Assembly: GCF_011386835.1 (NCBI RefSeq)
Contig: NC_088798.1
Span: forward strand, 108,934,001 to 108,998,000
Source: Chrysemys picta bellii
Taxonomy: Eukaryota
Direction of reading: 5' to 3'
DNA: 64,000 bases
The translations under genes were made by a program, and so were the position numbers. The notes beneath the pieces are model-generated. The model saw nothing but the letters and a program-made list of their open reading frames with translations. It did not search any database and was not told the DNA's origin. This document shows, one piece after another, positions 24,701 to 37,870 of the stretch. The first letter of the stretch is position 1. Every line of letters starts with the position of its first letter.

Positions 24701-26968
24701 GCAGGGCCCTGATTCCCCCACACTCCGTGACAGGAGGTGTCTCCTCTACAGGACCTCACCCTCGCCTTTGGGGCAGATGGGGAGTTTCCTACTTTTCCAG
24801 GAACTTCTGAGAAGATCTCAGTGCTATTTGTTTTAACCCTTCTCCTTCTGGATGAAGGGTAACGTATCTATCCACTCAATTCAGTGAAAGGCTTCAGAAA
24901 ATATTCATGCTGTCAACAAGACTTAATCATAAAAATGCAAAGAAATGTCTTTCTTTCTTTCTTTGGAGTTTCAGGGGGAACAGTTCACCCATGTAGTGGG
25001 ATCGTGGTTGTCTTAAGCCACCTATAATAAAACAATGCCCACATGATGGTCTCAACTTTTAGCTTCTGAAACACAGGCCTCTGCCATTTGAGCTGAAGAA
25101 ATAGCTGTTAGTCGCCACCTCCATAATACCCTGATGTTCTTTCAAAACTACACCCAGCCAACAGAGGCCAAAAAATGTCCATTGACATCAGTGGTAGCAG
25201 GATTAGACCCCAAACTATCCACAACAAAAGTGGTTAATGGCTTTGCTTTAAAACGCCTTTTATGGAGTTCTGCATTTCAGAGGCATTTCATACCACAGCC
25301 ACTTTTCTGTCATTCAGTTTTCCTATGCTGCTCTGGTGCTGGCCTCTGACATTGGACTCCAGTTTGTCTTTGTTGTTTCTTGATCTCTCTGTAAGTGTGA
25401 GGGGTTTCCTGGTTCTGCTTCTTGGTCCTGCTCATTAGGGGCTCTGATGGGAAACTTGTGATCTGGGTCTTCAGGAGTTAATTTTCAAAAAGCCAACCTA
25501 GAGCAACAGGGATTGAATTGTGCCTCGCTGCCTTCGGGAGCAGCCTGCTTTGTCTCTCTCTGTGTTTTGGGCTCTTGTACAATAAGGTTCTGGATTCTGA
25601 GAAATCATGTCGTATTATATTGCAAGGATACAGAAAGAGAGTTTTACATTTTACTCTAACATCCATTTGGATGGTATGAACATAACACTGCACACTCCGC
25701 CAGGTACCCCACAACAGGCTGTCTGGTCCATTCATTGACACTGCCTGAAAAATACCAGAACACTAAAGGTTGTGTCTCAGCAGCTGTTTTGCAGGATCCA
25801 GGATCTCACGGGCAGCCAATAAAACCTCAGCAGCTTTTGACTCTCTCTCTCTCTCTCTCTCCATTATTTGAGTGTCTCTTCCGAGTTAAGCCATAGCACA
25901 GAATTACATCAGCAATTACTCAATTCTAATGAGATGTTTCATTCGGAACAGGTCTGACTGTTTGTTAATGAACCTGTATCCAATTGACTAAGATATCAGC
26001 CCCACCAGTGAAGATTATCTGTATTAAGGAGCTATGGATAATGGGATCATTCAGCATTACAAGGTAGGGATTTAACCAAAAAAAGCAAGTGTTTGGAGAG
26101 GATCTAAATCTTCCAATTTCTCCTTTGGCAATGCCATAGAGCTTGTCATGCTAATAAAGTATCGTTGACTTGAATTAATTCAGGGCATGAAGCAACTCCT
26201 AAGTAATACAAGGTAAGAAGAAATTTTTGCTGTGGGAAGCTTCTCTCAGAACTGCCGAGGGCCTTGTACATGGCTCTAAATACACTGGCATAGGCTAGTG
26301 TTGGAAACAGAGATTGGGTAGCTGGGTGCCTGGTCTGATCCCGGGTGGGAATTTTTGACTCCTGATGGTAAGGTAACTGGATAAAAAGTGTGAAAAATCC
26401 GGACGGGAATGGGGGCTAATAGGCACCTATATAAGAAAAAGCCCCGAATATTGGGATTGTCCCTATAAAATCAGTACATTTGGTCACTGATGGCCTCTTT
26501 GTGGAGTTTCATAATAAACAATGACAGGAATTAAAAGTATTTAAACAACTAGATCAAGAATTTTACTGCCAACCACCTCAACCTCAACAAAATAATCAGA
26601 AAACAATGAGAACCGTAGACGAGAAGAAATTCAAAAAGAAAGGGGATTCCATGGATGTTTGGTTTCTAGGGGTGAATCTTTAGAGCTGCCTCAGTTTCTG
26701 GCAGAGTCAGTGATATCCCAGCTCAGAGAGAACCCCGGGAACAGCCCTTCCGAGCTCTGGGATCCGTGCAGGGAGGTTAGAGCTCCTGGAATCAGCCACT
26801 GTGGGGATGTGTGAATCCCTGTATAGATCAGAGTGAGGCTGGCCCCGACCTTTCAGGGGGCAGAGGTATCAGAGCAGGGCTCAGCACAGGTTACAGCAAA
26901 AGTGACTCACCTGAGTAGAAGCAGCAAAGTGCCAGAGCGAAGAGCAGAACGGCCCCTGTTATCTTCAT
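21702..26968 (-). CDS. Kazal-type serine protease inhibitor B3, 92 aa, P1=Glu, C-terminal KDDL
   Basis: Exons 26911-26968, 24168-24190, 22024-22139 and 21702-21783. Protein [92 protein letters not shown]. Confidence 0.93.
22428..23517. mobile_element. LTR-like insertion in B3 intron 2
   Basis: About 1.1 kb, ends TGTCACA, shared with B4 (39248-40334) and absent from the type A genes and B6. Confidence 0.6.
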
Positions 26969-27045
26969 GGCGGACGTGGCTGTCTGGTCTGCACTGGGCT
27001 CTTGGTGCTCCGCTCCCTCAGTAAACCCCACAGACAGAGCCCCAC

Positions 27046-27053
27046 TATATATA
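27046..27053 (-). promoter_or_regulatory. TATA box of B3
   Basis: TATATATA about 78 nt upstream of the ATG, conserved in B4 and B6. Confidence 0.75.
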
Positions 27054-28230
27054 GGGTGTCGGAGAACCCACCTTCATTGTGACATCATCCTAAATAGTCA
27101 CTCACAACTCCGGCAACCGGAAGCAAAGCTCTTGAGGGGAATGTGAAACTGTAAACAATGTTTCCTCCTCAACAAGATTCCAGGATAAGTTGAAGGAGGT
27201 TACAAGTCACATCCTTGATTTGGTGAATAATGGCGTAGTTATGTGGGTTGAGTGCTCACCATGGGGACATGGGCACCCAAACCTGGACATGCCTGTTTGT
27301 CATGACTGCGAGTGCAGAACATATTGCTCATGCTGCACGTTAAAGGCACTGACCCAACAGAGCACCTGACATTTACCGTGTTACCAGCCTCTTTCAGCCA
27401 GACTCTGCAGTAGGTCCCAGCAGCAGGGGGCAAAGCTGACCGTAAGCGACTGCCATGCTGTCCTGATCTTGCAAGTATTCTGCCCGGAGCCGGTGCCTGG
27501 CTTAGTTTAGAGGCGCTAGAGGGCAGGTCTAACTCATTCCACTGGCCTGTGACCCCAAGAAGCCGTTTCCAATGTCGTGAGATTCCAGGATCTTGGTTCT
27601 GTCCCTTTCCCCGGCTGTGCGCCCTGCGGCAGCTGCAGTGATGGGGTGACCCAGGAGTTGATTTGACACCTGGAGATCCCCGTGCACAGGTTTAGCCCAG
27701 TGTTGACTTGGGGCCCAGCCCTGCACGGTGCTGGGCGCCCTCGCAAGGAGCTGAGAGCTATTTTGGACCAAACCAATCAGCACGGCACCGATCCCAGTCA
27801 GAGGGACGCCACAGTCCCCGGTGCCCCCTGGAGGAGATGGACGGAGTGAGCAGCTCATGGGTCTCTGGGTCGTGGGGTATTGGGAGAAACGAAGCTGGGC
27901 AGGGGATGGCGCACAATGTGGATCCACATGGCCACACATGCTCCATGAGGAAAAAGAAGGACAAGCCATGTACACCTCCCTCGCCGAAAAGGAGGCCTGG
28001 GCCCTGTGTCTGGGTTGGAGAGCTGTCACGGGGTCCCTGGTGTGCTGAGGAGACTAGCGGTTAGCGTCCACTCCCTCGTGGGGCAGTGCCAGAGGAGCCC
28101 TGGTGCGCTCACTCCACCGGGCTCCGACCCAGGGACCCAGGAATGGCAGCAGCGTATGGCCTCCAGGAGGGGCCCTCGGAGCTACCTTGCCTGGGTCATT
28201 CCTACCACTGCTTCCCTCCCTCAACATCTA

Positions 28231-29125
28231 GTCATAGAATACCAGGGTTAGAAGGGACCTCAGGAGATCATCTAGTCCAACCCCCTGCTCAAAGCAGGAC
28301 CAATCCCAACTAAATCATCCCAGCCAGGGCTTTGTCAAGCCTGACCTTAAAAACCTCTAAGGAAGGAGATTCCACCACCTCCCTAGGGAACCCATTCCAG
28401 TGCTTCACCACCCTCCTAGGGATATAGTGTTTCCTAATATCCAACCTAGACCTCCCCCACTGCAACTTGAGACCATTACTCCTTGTTCTGTCACCTGGTA
28501 CCACTGAGAACAGCCGAGCTCCATCCTCTTTGGAACTCCCCTTCAGGTAGTTGAAAGCAGCTATCAAATCCCCCCCTCATTCTTCTCTTCTACAGACTAA
28601 ATAAGCCCAGTTCCCTCAGCCTCTCCTCATAAGTCATGTGCCGCAGCTCCCTGATCATTTTCGTTGCCCTCTCCTGGATTCTCTCCAATTTGTCCACATC
28701 CTCTCTGTAATGTGGGGCCTAAAACTCAACGTAATACTCCAGATGTGGCCTCACCAGTGCTGAATAGAGGGGAATAATCACTTCCCTCAATCTGCTAGCA
28801 ATGCTTCTATTAATGCAGCCCAATATGCCGTTAGCCTTCTTGGCAACAAGGGCACATTGCTGACTCATATCCAGCTTCTTGTCCACTGTAATTCCCAAGT
28901 CCTTTTCTGCAGAACTGCTGCTTAGCCAGTCAGTCTTTAGTCTGTAGCGGTACATGGGATTCTTCCATCCTAAGTGCAGGACTCTGCACTTGTCCTCGTT
29001 GAACCTCATCAGATTTATTTTAGCCCAATCTTCCAATTTGTCTAGGTCACTCTGGACCCTATCCCTGCCCTGCAGCATATCTACCTCTCCCCTCAGCTTA
29101 GTGTCATCCGCGAACTTGCTGAGAA
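28231..29125 (-). mobile_element. 5'-truncated CR1
   Basis: RT C-terminal translations (ORFs 28719-29078 and 28310-28567) and a CR1 tail. Confidence 0.9.
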
Positions 29126-29355
29126 AAACAAGGAGTCCAGTGGCACCTTAAAGACTAACAGATTTACTTGGGCATAAGCTTTTGTGGGTAAAAAAACCCC
29201 ACTTCTTCAGATGCATGGAGTGAAAATTACAGATGCAGACATAAATATACTGACACATGAAGAGAAGGGAGTTACCTTACAAGTGGAGAACCAGTGTTAA
29301 TAGGGCCAATTAATCAGGGTGGATGTGGCCCACTCCCAATGATTGATGAGGATGT

Positions 29356-30464
29356 TGTGACGCTCTGTACCTCGGGGGAACACCCTACACCCCCATGTTT
29401 ATCTTCATAAAACGATTGTGTGGTGTCCAATGCAAAGTTTATCATGTCGGATGTCTGCGGAAGGCTCATGATGCACTGAGCATGGTTGTTATAGGGATGT
29501 TATAGTCATTGTTACAGTGATGTTATAGGTTATAATTTCATGTACATAGTTATGAGGCTGAAAAATGTGTCCTCATGGCTTAAAGCAAGCCCAGGCAGAA
29601 ACTCTCCAGGAGCAGAGAGGCAGCTCACACCTCGTCAGGGCATGGATGGGACAAACCCAGCCCAGCCCCACAGGAACAATGGACACTGGCTCATGCAGCA
29701 ACAAAAGAACCTGTTAGTCCCTGGAGGGAGTCACCCCCTTCCTTGGGGCAGTTTGGGACTGGGATGAGGTAATGCTCACCTGACGCTGAAGGTGGGGGGC
29801 AAAGCCAAGAGGAAAGAAAGGACATGATAAAAGGGGGAGATGTTTGTCCTGCTCTTCCTCTCTCTCTTCCTCCTACATCTACAGACACCACCACCAAGCG
29901 ACTGAAGCTCTGATCAAAAGGGGAGAGCCTGGCTGAAGAGCAGCCAGCTGGTGGTGAGAAGCATCTAAGTTTGTAAGGACATGGAAAGTGTTACGATCAG
30001 CTTAGAATGTGTTTTGCATTTATTTCATTTTACCAAATCTGACTTGTTCTGCTTTGACTTATAATCATGTAAATCTACCTCTATAGTTAATAAATCTGTT
30101 TGTTTGTTCTACCTGAAGCAGTGCGTTTGGTTTGCAGTGTGTCAGAGACTCCCCTTGGGAGAACAAGCCTGGTACATATCAATTTCTTTGTTAAATTGAC
30201 GAACTCATATAAGCTTGCAGCGTCGAGTGGGCATAACTAGACACTGCAAGACGGAGCTTCCCAGGGTTGTGTCTGGAACTGGAAATATTGGCTAGTGTCA
30301 TTCGCTTGCAAGTAGCTAGGAGCAGTTTATGCCAGAGGCCGTGTGTGAACAGCCCAGGAGAGGGGGTTCTCACAGCAGAGCAGGGTAAGGCTGGTTCCCA
30401 GAGTCAAGGATTGGAGTGACCGAGCAGATCCCTGGGCCGGATAACACCAGAGGGGATCGTCACA
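29356..30464. mobile_element. Solo LTR inserted in the Penelope 3' pseudo-LTR
   Basis: TGTGACG...CGTCACA inverted termini; 5-bp flanks GATGT and GAGGT; internal AATAAA. Confidence 0.85.
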
Positions 30465-30592
30465 GAGGTGTCAATACCAAGAGAGGGAAAATTGCTTTTG
30501 TAGTGAGCCAGCCACTCCCAGTCCCTATTCAAGCCCAAATTAATGGTGTTAAATTTGCAGATGAATTATAGCTCTGCCGTTTCTGTTTGAAG

Positions 30593-30813
30593 TCTGTAAA
30601 AAGCAACAAAGAGTCCTGTGGCACCTTAGAGACTAACAGACATATTGGAGTATAAGCTTTCGTGGGTGAATACCCACTTCATCAGATGCATCTGACGAAG
30701 TGGGTATTCACCCACGAAAGCTTATGCTCCAATACGTCTGTTAGTCTATAAGGTGCCACAGGACTCTGTGTCACTTTTTACAGATCCAGACTAACACGGC
30801 TACCCCTCTGATC
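30593..30813. mobile_element. Short palindromic Penelope-derived insert
   Basis: Inverted repeat 30593-30784 with arms of about 96 bp; TTTGAAGTCTGT is duplicated at 30586-30597 and 30814-30825. Confidence 0.85.
30688..30727 (+). ncRNA. Minimal type I hammerhead ribozyme motif (Penelope-associated)
   Basis: GCAT-CTGACGA-A-GTGGGT ATTC ACCCAC-GAAA-GC-TT-ATGC. The core, stem II, palindromic AGCT stem III and stem I (GCAT/ATGC) are intact. A mirror copy lies on the minus strand at 30650-30689. Confidence 0.75.
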
Positions 30814-31208
30814 TTTGAAGTCTGTTTTTGAAGTTTTTTTGTTAAAATATGGCTACTTTTAAATCTGTTATTGAAGGTCCAGGGAGATTGAAGTGGCTTT
30901 TGTATGTTACCATTCCTGATGTCTGATTTGTGTCCATTTATTCTTTTACTTAAAGACTGTCCGGTTTGGCCAATGTACATGGCAGAGGGGCATTGCTGGC
31001 ACATGATGGCATATATCACATTGGTAGAAGTGCAGGTGAATGAACCCCTGATGGTGTCGCTAGAGTAGATATGGAGACAGAGTAGGCAATGAGGTTTGCT
31101 ACAGGGATTGGTTTCTGGGTTAGTGTTTCTGTGGTTTGTAGTTGCTGGTGAATATTTGCTTCAGGTTGGGGGGCTGTCTGTAAGTGAGGACTGGCCTGCC
31201 TCCCCAGG

Positions 31209-31693
31209 TCATAGATTCATAGACTTTAAGGTCAGAAGGGACCATTATGATCATCTGGTCTGACCCCCTGCACGCTGCAGGCCATAAAACCGTCCCCGCC
31301 CCTTCCCTGGACTCTGCTGCTGAAGTCCCCAATCCTGTTATTAGTGACCTCAATCGGCAGAGACCCTCCTGCTAGAGATCCCTGCCCCATGCTGCGGAGG
31401 AAGGCGAAAAACCTCCAGAGGCTCAGCCAATCTGCCCTGGAGGAAAATTCCTTCCCGACCCCAAATATGGCGATCAGTAAGACCCCGAGCATATAGGCAA
31501 GAGTCTCCATCCTGACCCCTTTTAGCCATTATGCTATTTACCTACCATTGCTTGGTTTTCCTTGACAACTATGTTTTACCATTAAACCATTCCCTCCATA
31601 AACTTATCTAACTTAATCTTAAAGCCAGACAAATCCCTCGCCCCCACCGTTTCCCTCGGAAGGCCGTTCCAATATTTCACCCCTCTAACGGTC
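31209..31693 (-). mobile_element. CR1 3' end nested in Penelope
   Basis: TCTATGAATCTATG tail and VKYWNGLP...LDKFM translation; homologous to 59549-59895. Confidence 0.8.
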
Positions 31694-34227
31694 TGTGAGA
31701 GTGAGGGATTATTTTCCAGAATAGGTTGTAGATCGTTGATGTGCTGGAGAGGTTTTAGCTGGGGGCTGTACATGATACCCAGTGGTGTTCTGTTATTTTC
31801 CTTGTTGGGCCTGGCCTGTACTAGGTGACTTCTGGGTATCCATCTCGCTCTGTCAATCTGTTTCCTCATTTCACCAGGTGGGTATTTTAGTTTTAAGAAT
31901 GTTTGATAAAGATCTTGTAGGTGTTTGTCTCTGTCTGAGGGGTTGGAGCAAATTCGGTTGTATCTTAGGGCTTGGCTGTAGACAATGGATCGTGTGATGT
32001 GTCTTGGATGGAAGCTGGAGGCATGTAGGTACGTATAACGGTCAGTAGGTTTCCGGTATAGGGTGGTGTTTATGTGACCATCACTTATTTTCACTGGGTT
32101 GTGAAATCCAGAAAGTGGATCTCTTGTGTGGACTGGTCCAGGCTGAGGTTGATGGTGGGGTGGAAATTATTGAAGTCCAGGTGGAATTCTTCAAGGGCCT
32201 CCTTTCCGTGGGTCCATATGATGAAGATGTCATCAATGTAGCGCAAGTAGAGGAGGGGCACTAGGGGACGAGAGCTGAGGAAACGTTATTCTAAGTCAGC
32301 CATAAAAATGTTGGCATACTGTGGGGCCATGCGGGTACCCATAGCAGTGCCACTGACTTGAAGGTATAAGTTGTCCCCAAATCTGAAGTGGTTGTGGGTG
32401 AGGACAAAGTCACAAAGCTCAGCCACCAGGTGTGCTGTGGCCTCATCAGGGATACTGTTCCTGACAGCTTGTAGTCCATCCTCATGTGGAATATTGGTAT
32501 AAAGTGCTTCTACATCCATGGTGGCCAGGATGGTGTTTTCAGGAAGAACATCAATGCATTGTAGTTTCCTCAGGAAGTCGGTGGTGTCTCGAAGATAACT
32601 GGGAGTGCTGGTAGCGTAGGGTCTGAGGAGAGAGTCCAAATAGCCAGATAATCCTGCTGTAAGAGTGCCAATGCCTGAGATGATGGGGCGTCCAGGGTTT
32701 CCGGGTTTATGGCTCTCGGGTAGCAGATAGAATACCCCTGGTCGGGGCTCTGGGAGGGTGTTGGTGTAGATTTGTTCCTGAGTTTCTTGAGCAGATGGTG
32801 TAGTTTCTTTTGGTATTCCTCAGTGGGATCAGAGGATAGTGGCCTGTAGAATGTGGTCTTGGAGAGTTGCCTGGCAGCTTCCTGTTCATAATTCGACCTG
32901 TTCATTATGACTACAGCACCTCCTTTGTCAGCCCCTTTGAATATAATGTCAGAGTTGTTTCTGAGGCTGTGGATGGCATTGCGTTCTGTACGGCTGAGGT
33001 TATGGGACAAGTGATGTTGTTTGTTCACAATTTCAGCCTGTGCACGTCTGCGGAAACACTCTATGTAGAGGTCCAGTCTGTCATTTCGACCGTCAGGAGG
33101 AGTCCACGCAGAATTCTTCTTCTTGTAGGGTTGGTAGGAGGGTTCCTGTGGGTCAGTGCACTGTTCAGTGATGTGTTGAAAATATTCCTTGAGTCGGAGA
33201 CAACGAAAGTAGGCTTCCACATCACCGCAGAACTGTATCATGTGCGTGGGGGAGGTGGGGCAGAAAGAGAGTCCCCGAGATAGGACAGACTCTTCCGCCG
33301 GGCTAAGTGTGTGGTTGGCTAGATTAATAATATTGTTGGGTGAGTTAAGGGTACTACTGTTGTAGCCCCCTGTGGCATGTAGGAGTTTAGATAGTTTACT
33401 GTCCTTCTTCCTCTGTAGAGAAGTGAAGTGTGTGTTGTAAATGGCTTGTCTTGTTTTTGTAAAGTCCAGCCACGTGGAAGTTTGTGTGGAAGGCTGGTAT
33501 TGTGTGAGAGTCTCCAGTTCTGAGAGCTCAGTCTTGATCTTCTCCTGTTTGCTGTACTGACTGCTGATCAGGTGGTTTCTCAGTTTCCATTTCCATTTCA
33601 TACGGCTAAATTCAGTGCCTTGCATGGTGTCAAGTATCAGGGGGAGCCGTGTTAGTCTGGATCCACAAAAACGAGGAGTCCAGGGGCACCTTAAAGACTA
33701 ACAGATTTATTTGGGCATAAGCTTTTATGGGTAAAAAGCCAACTTCTTCAGATGCATGGAGTGAAAATTACAGATACAGGCACAAATATACTGACACATG
33801 AAGAGAAGGGAGTTACCTCACAAATGGAGAACCAGTGTTGACAAGGCCAAATCAGTCAGGGTGGATGTGGTCCACTCCCAATAATTGATGAGGAGGTGTC
33901 AATACCAAGAGAGGGAAAATTGCTTTTGTAGTGAGCCAGCCACTCCCAGTCCCTGTTCAAGCCCAAATTAATGGTGCTAAGTTTGCAAATGAATTGTAAC
34001 TCTGCAGTTTCTTGGAAGTCTGTTTTTGAATTTTGTTTGTTGAAGGATGGCTACTTTTAAATCTGTTATTGAATGTTCAGGGAGATTGAAGTGTTGTCCT
34101 GTTGGTTTTTGTATGTTACTATTCCTGATGTCTGATTTGTGTCCCTTTATTCTTATTAATTATTATTATTAGCATTTATTAACAGACTTCAAAGAGAAAC
34201 TGCAGAGCTACAATTCATTTGCAAATG

Positions 34228-34977
34228 TTGAATATGTTAATGGGCACAGGGCGAGCTCCCTCAGGCAGCCCCGAGCTACGGCAGCGGATAGGTCTGGTGG
34301 GATCCAGGGGAGCGGGACGAGCAGAGGCTGTGCTGCATGGGGCAGGAAGGCAGCACAGATCCCATGCGGAGGGACCCCTGCACCCCTTGTGCACCAGGGA
34401 GATCATGGCTGGGGTAGGGTACAGGTCTCTGCCGCGGGGATCGGGAGGGATGTGGGATCGCTGTGGGCTATGGCACAGTGGGGCTGTACATGGCCCCAGT
34501 GCTGCTGGGGGGAAGTGGTGGGATGTTCCCTTCTCCGCTCCCAAACGCAGGAGCAGCTGTGCACTGGGTAACTGTCTGGGGGCGCCGGGCTCTGCTTCTG
34601 GGCTGGGGATTCCTCCTCCCCTCTGCCCCAGGCAAAGCCCTTGAACTCTGGCTTCGCTCTTGGCTCCAGGACTTGCACCATTGAAAATATGGGTATGAAT
34701 CTGCTGACTCGTCACTGGGCCCTGTGACAGCCCAGGTCAGTGCCTGGCTGGTTCAGAGCCCCATAGTCCCTCCAGCACAGGGCCTGTGGTCGGGGGAGAA
34801 GGTCGCCTACAGCCCCTTTCATCTCTGTACAGCAATGCTGGGAGTTGCTGAATCCTGCAATAATCAACAACAAATACCCCTGGAAAATATAGGTGAGTGC
34901 TACTTAGTATTATCATTATTAAGCATAGTAATATCGGGTCGGGTGGGGGGAGTCTCAGAGTCGGAGAGGAGATGGGC
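34228..34977. repeat. Orphan copy of the type A upstream flank, with no adjacent gene
   Basis: Closely similar to 17293-18030 and 48030-48602. Confidence 0.85.
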
Positions 34978-35146
34978 ATGCAAACAATAACGGGGAAGAC
35001 GTGGTGGCCCAGGCTTCAGCAGGGCTAGCAACATGAGGACGTCTTAATGGGTGAGGAGCCATGTCCCTCTCCCTTCAGAGTTCAGATTTAAGCTCACAAT
35101 CTCCTTGCAATTCACCATGCTTAAAGTCTGACTTTAACATAAGAAC

Positions 35147-37870
35147 GGCCACACTGGGTCAGACCAAAGATCCATCTGGCCCAGTATCCTGTCTGCCGAC
35201 AGCGGCCAATACCAGGTGCCCCAGCAGGAATGAACAGAACAGGGAATCATCAAGTGATCCATCCCCTGTCGCCCATTCCCAGCTGCTGGCAAACAGAGGC
35301 TAGGGACACCATCCCTGCCCAGCCTGGCTAATAGCCATTGATGGACCTATCCTCCATGAATTTATCTAGTTCTTTTTTGAACCCTGTTATAGTCTTGGCC
35401 GTCACTACATCCTCTGGCAAGGAGTTCCACAGGTTGACTGTGTCTTGTGTGAAAAAATATTTCCTTTTGTTTGTTTTAAACCTGCTGCCTATTAATTTCA
35501 TTTGGTGACCTCTAGTTTTTGTGTTATGAGGAGTAAATAACACTTCCTTAATTACTTTCTCCATACCAATCTTGATTTTATAGACCTCTATCATATCCTC
35601 CCTTAGTTGTCTTTTTTCCAAGCTGAAAAGTCCCAGTCTTATTAATCGCTCCTCATATGGCAGATGCTCCATACCCCTAATCATTTTGTTGCCCTTTTCT
35701 GAACCTTTTCCAAGTCCAATGTATCTTTTTTGAGATCAGGCGATCACATCTGCACACAGTATTCAAGATGTGGGCATACCATGGATTCATATAGAAGCAA
35801 TATAATATATAAGCACTTTAAAAACCTGTCACTTTTTAGCGGTCTCCCATTGCATGATGTAATTAAATGAGACTTTTTCTCATTTGACTGTTTCTCATCA
35901 GATCCTACCTGTATTTTATCATCATCTTCCATCTTCTCCTCCTTACTAGGACATAGACAATCTCCATTAGCAGATCCTCCCCTAAGGGATGTCTCTGTCC
36001 GAACCACGGGCTCCTCCGCACCTGTGGGCTTTCCCCCAGCCCTTAGTTTTAAAACGGCTCTAAAACCTTTTTAATGTTAAGTGGTAGCAATCTGGCTCCA
36101 TTTGGTTTAGCATTTCAGAGAATGCTACCATGGTCCTGGACTTACCTAATAGCCTAAATTTGGCCTCCAGGACCTCTCTCCTATCCCTCCCTCTTTCACT
36201 GGTACCTACATGTACCACAACCCCTGGCTCCTCCCCAGCACTACACATAAGCCTGTCTATATGTCTCGAGAGATCCGCAACCTTCTCACCAGGCAGGCAA
36301 GTCACCATGCGGTTCTCCCGGTCATCGCAAACCCAGCTATCCATAAAAAGCAACAGAGTCCTGTGGCACCTTAAAGACTAACGGATGTATTGGCCTGCGT
36401 CTGACGCAGTGGGCATTCACCCACGAAAGCTTATGCTCCAATACATCTGTTAGTCTTTAAGGTGCCACAGGACTCTTTGTTGCTTTTTACAGATCCAGAC
36501 TAACACGGCTACCCCTGATACCAGCTATCTATGTTTCTAATGATCGAAGCTCCCATTACTAATACCTGTCTCTTCCGAATAACTGGAGTTCGCTCCCCTG
36601 GAGAGGTATCATCAGTGCGAGGGGATACATACCATGAGATCGTCTGGAAGGAGGGTCCCAACTGTGGGATTGTTTCCCTCTGCTCCAGTTGGATGTTCTC
36701 CTTCCCTGAGACTTTCATCCTCCTCAACAGCACAGAGGCTGTCAGACCAGGGGTGGGACCATTCTACTGTGTCCCGGAAAGTCTCATCTGTGTCCCTCTC
36801 TGTCTCCCTTAGCGCCTCTAGCTCAGTCACCCTGGTCTCCAAAGCCCGTACACGGTCTCTGAGGGCCAGGGGCTCCTTGCACCGAGTGCACACATACGTC
36901 ACCCGCCCACAGGGCAGGTAATCAGACATGCTGCATTGGGTGCAATAAACTGGATAGCCCCCTGTAAGAGGATCCGGACTCACCCCTGCAGCGCCTCCTG
37001 CTGGTCGTCCAGGGAATTCGCTCACCAGTCTCTGGAGCGCCCTCTGCAGGCCGGTGATCCGCCTTGTCCTCTGCACTGGCCCCCGTGTCCCTCCCAGGAC
37101 CCCGGTGCCCCTTGCCCTGGGTGCTGCCCCCTGGCAATACCCACACACGCTGGTTCTTCCCTCCCAGGGGAACCTCCACCCACTAACCCCACCTCACCTC
37201 AGGATAAGGCCACTGCCAGTCACCAACTAGCCCCCACGCTCTGGGGCAGACTGCAGTATAGGCCACTCATCATCAGCAAGGTTGGGTTTGGACCTGCTGC
37301 CTTGGCCTAGCCCTGGGCTGCCCTCTGCAACCCCCAATACCCCTTGGCCTATTACCAGGCCACAGCCTGGGGCTATCCAGGCTGGAGCTCCCCAGCTCCT
37401 CAGCCTTTCCCCAGCCCTGCTCCACTACAGGTACCCTGTCTAGCTCCCTACAGCCAGCCCCTTCTCTCCCTGAAGGCAGAGAGAGACTCGTGGGCTCCTG
37501 GCTCCCAGCCTCTTTATCCAGGCCAGCTGGGGCCTGATTGGGGCGTGGCCCTGCCGTGGCTACTTCCCCAATCAGCCCAGCTTTTAGAGCTGCAGACCTC
37601 TGCCAGGGCTGTTTTAAACCCCTCAGGCGGGAGCGGGGTAACCACCCCGCTACACCCCCACTCTGTTGCTGGACTGCTGCCTGCATTCTCCTTTTACTCC
37701 TAAAGCTTGTTCCTTTCTTGAGGTTTTGTTTGTATCAGGGGGTGTTTTGGGTTTAAGTTTAAAGGAGTTTAAGGAATGTAACGTGTATCTATCCCCCCAC
37801 ACTCCCACTCCCCCTGTAAATTCCCTCGCTAAGCTCCCCTGTTAGCCGCTCCTGTTCGCTAGCTCGAGTC
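35147..37870 (-). mobile_element. Internally deleted CR1 with a nested Penelope piece (about 36343-36520) and a solo LTR
   Basis: ORF1 start MQAAVQQQSGG|YPVYCTQC is split by the LTR; RT C-terminus at 35328-35684. The 5' UTR end is also present at 19070-19212. Confidence 0.8.
36963..37654. mobile_element. Solo LTR
   Basis: TGTAA...CTACA with CCCCC on both sides; same family as 43772-44460. Confidence 0.8.

Larger units (their letters stand above)
29126..34153 (-). mobile_element. Penelope-like retroelement (RT plus GIY-YIG), degraded, with pseudo-LTRs and nested inserts
   Basis: RT motifs ADKGG, MDVEALYTNIP and GTAMGTRMAP; GIY-YIG segment IYAIMC...YIGQTG at 30771-31019. Repeated terminal segments at 33660-34153 versus 29126-29355 plus 30465-30970. 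Confidence 0.92.

Noticed and set aside
25841-25862. (CT)n microsatellite in B3 intron 1 (shorter in B4)
   Set aside because: Ordinary simple repeat.
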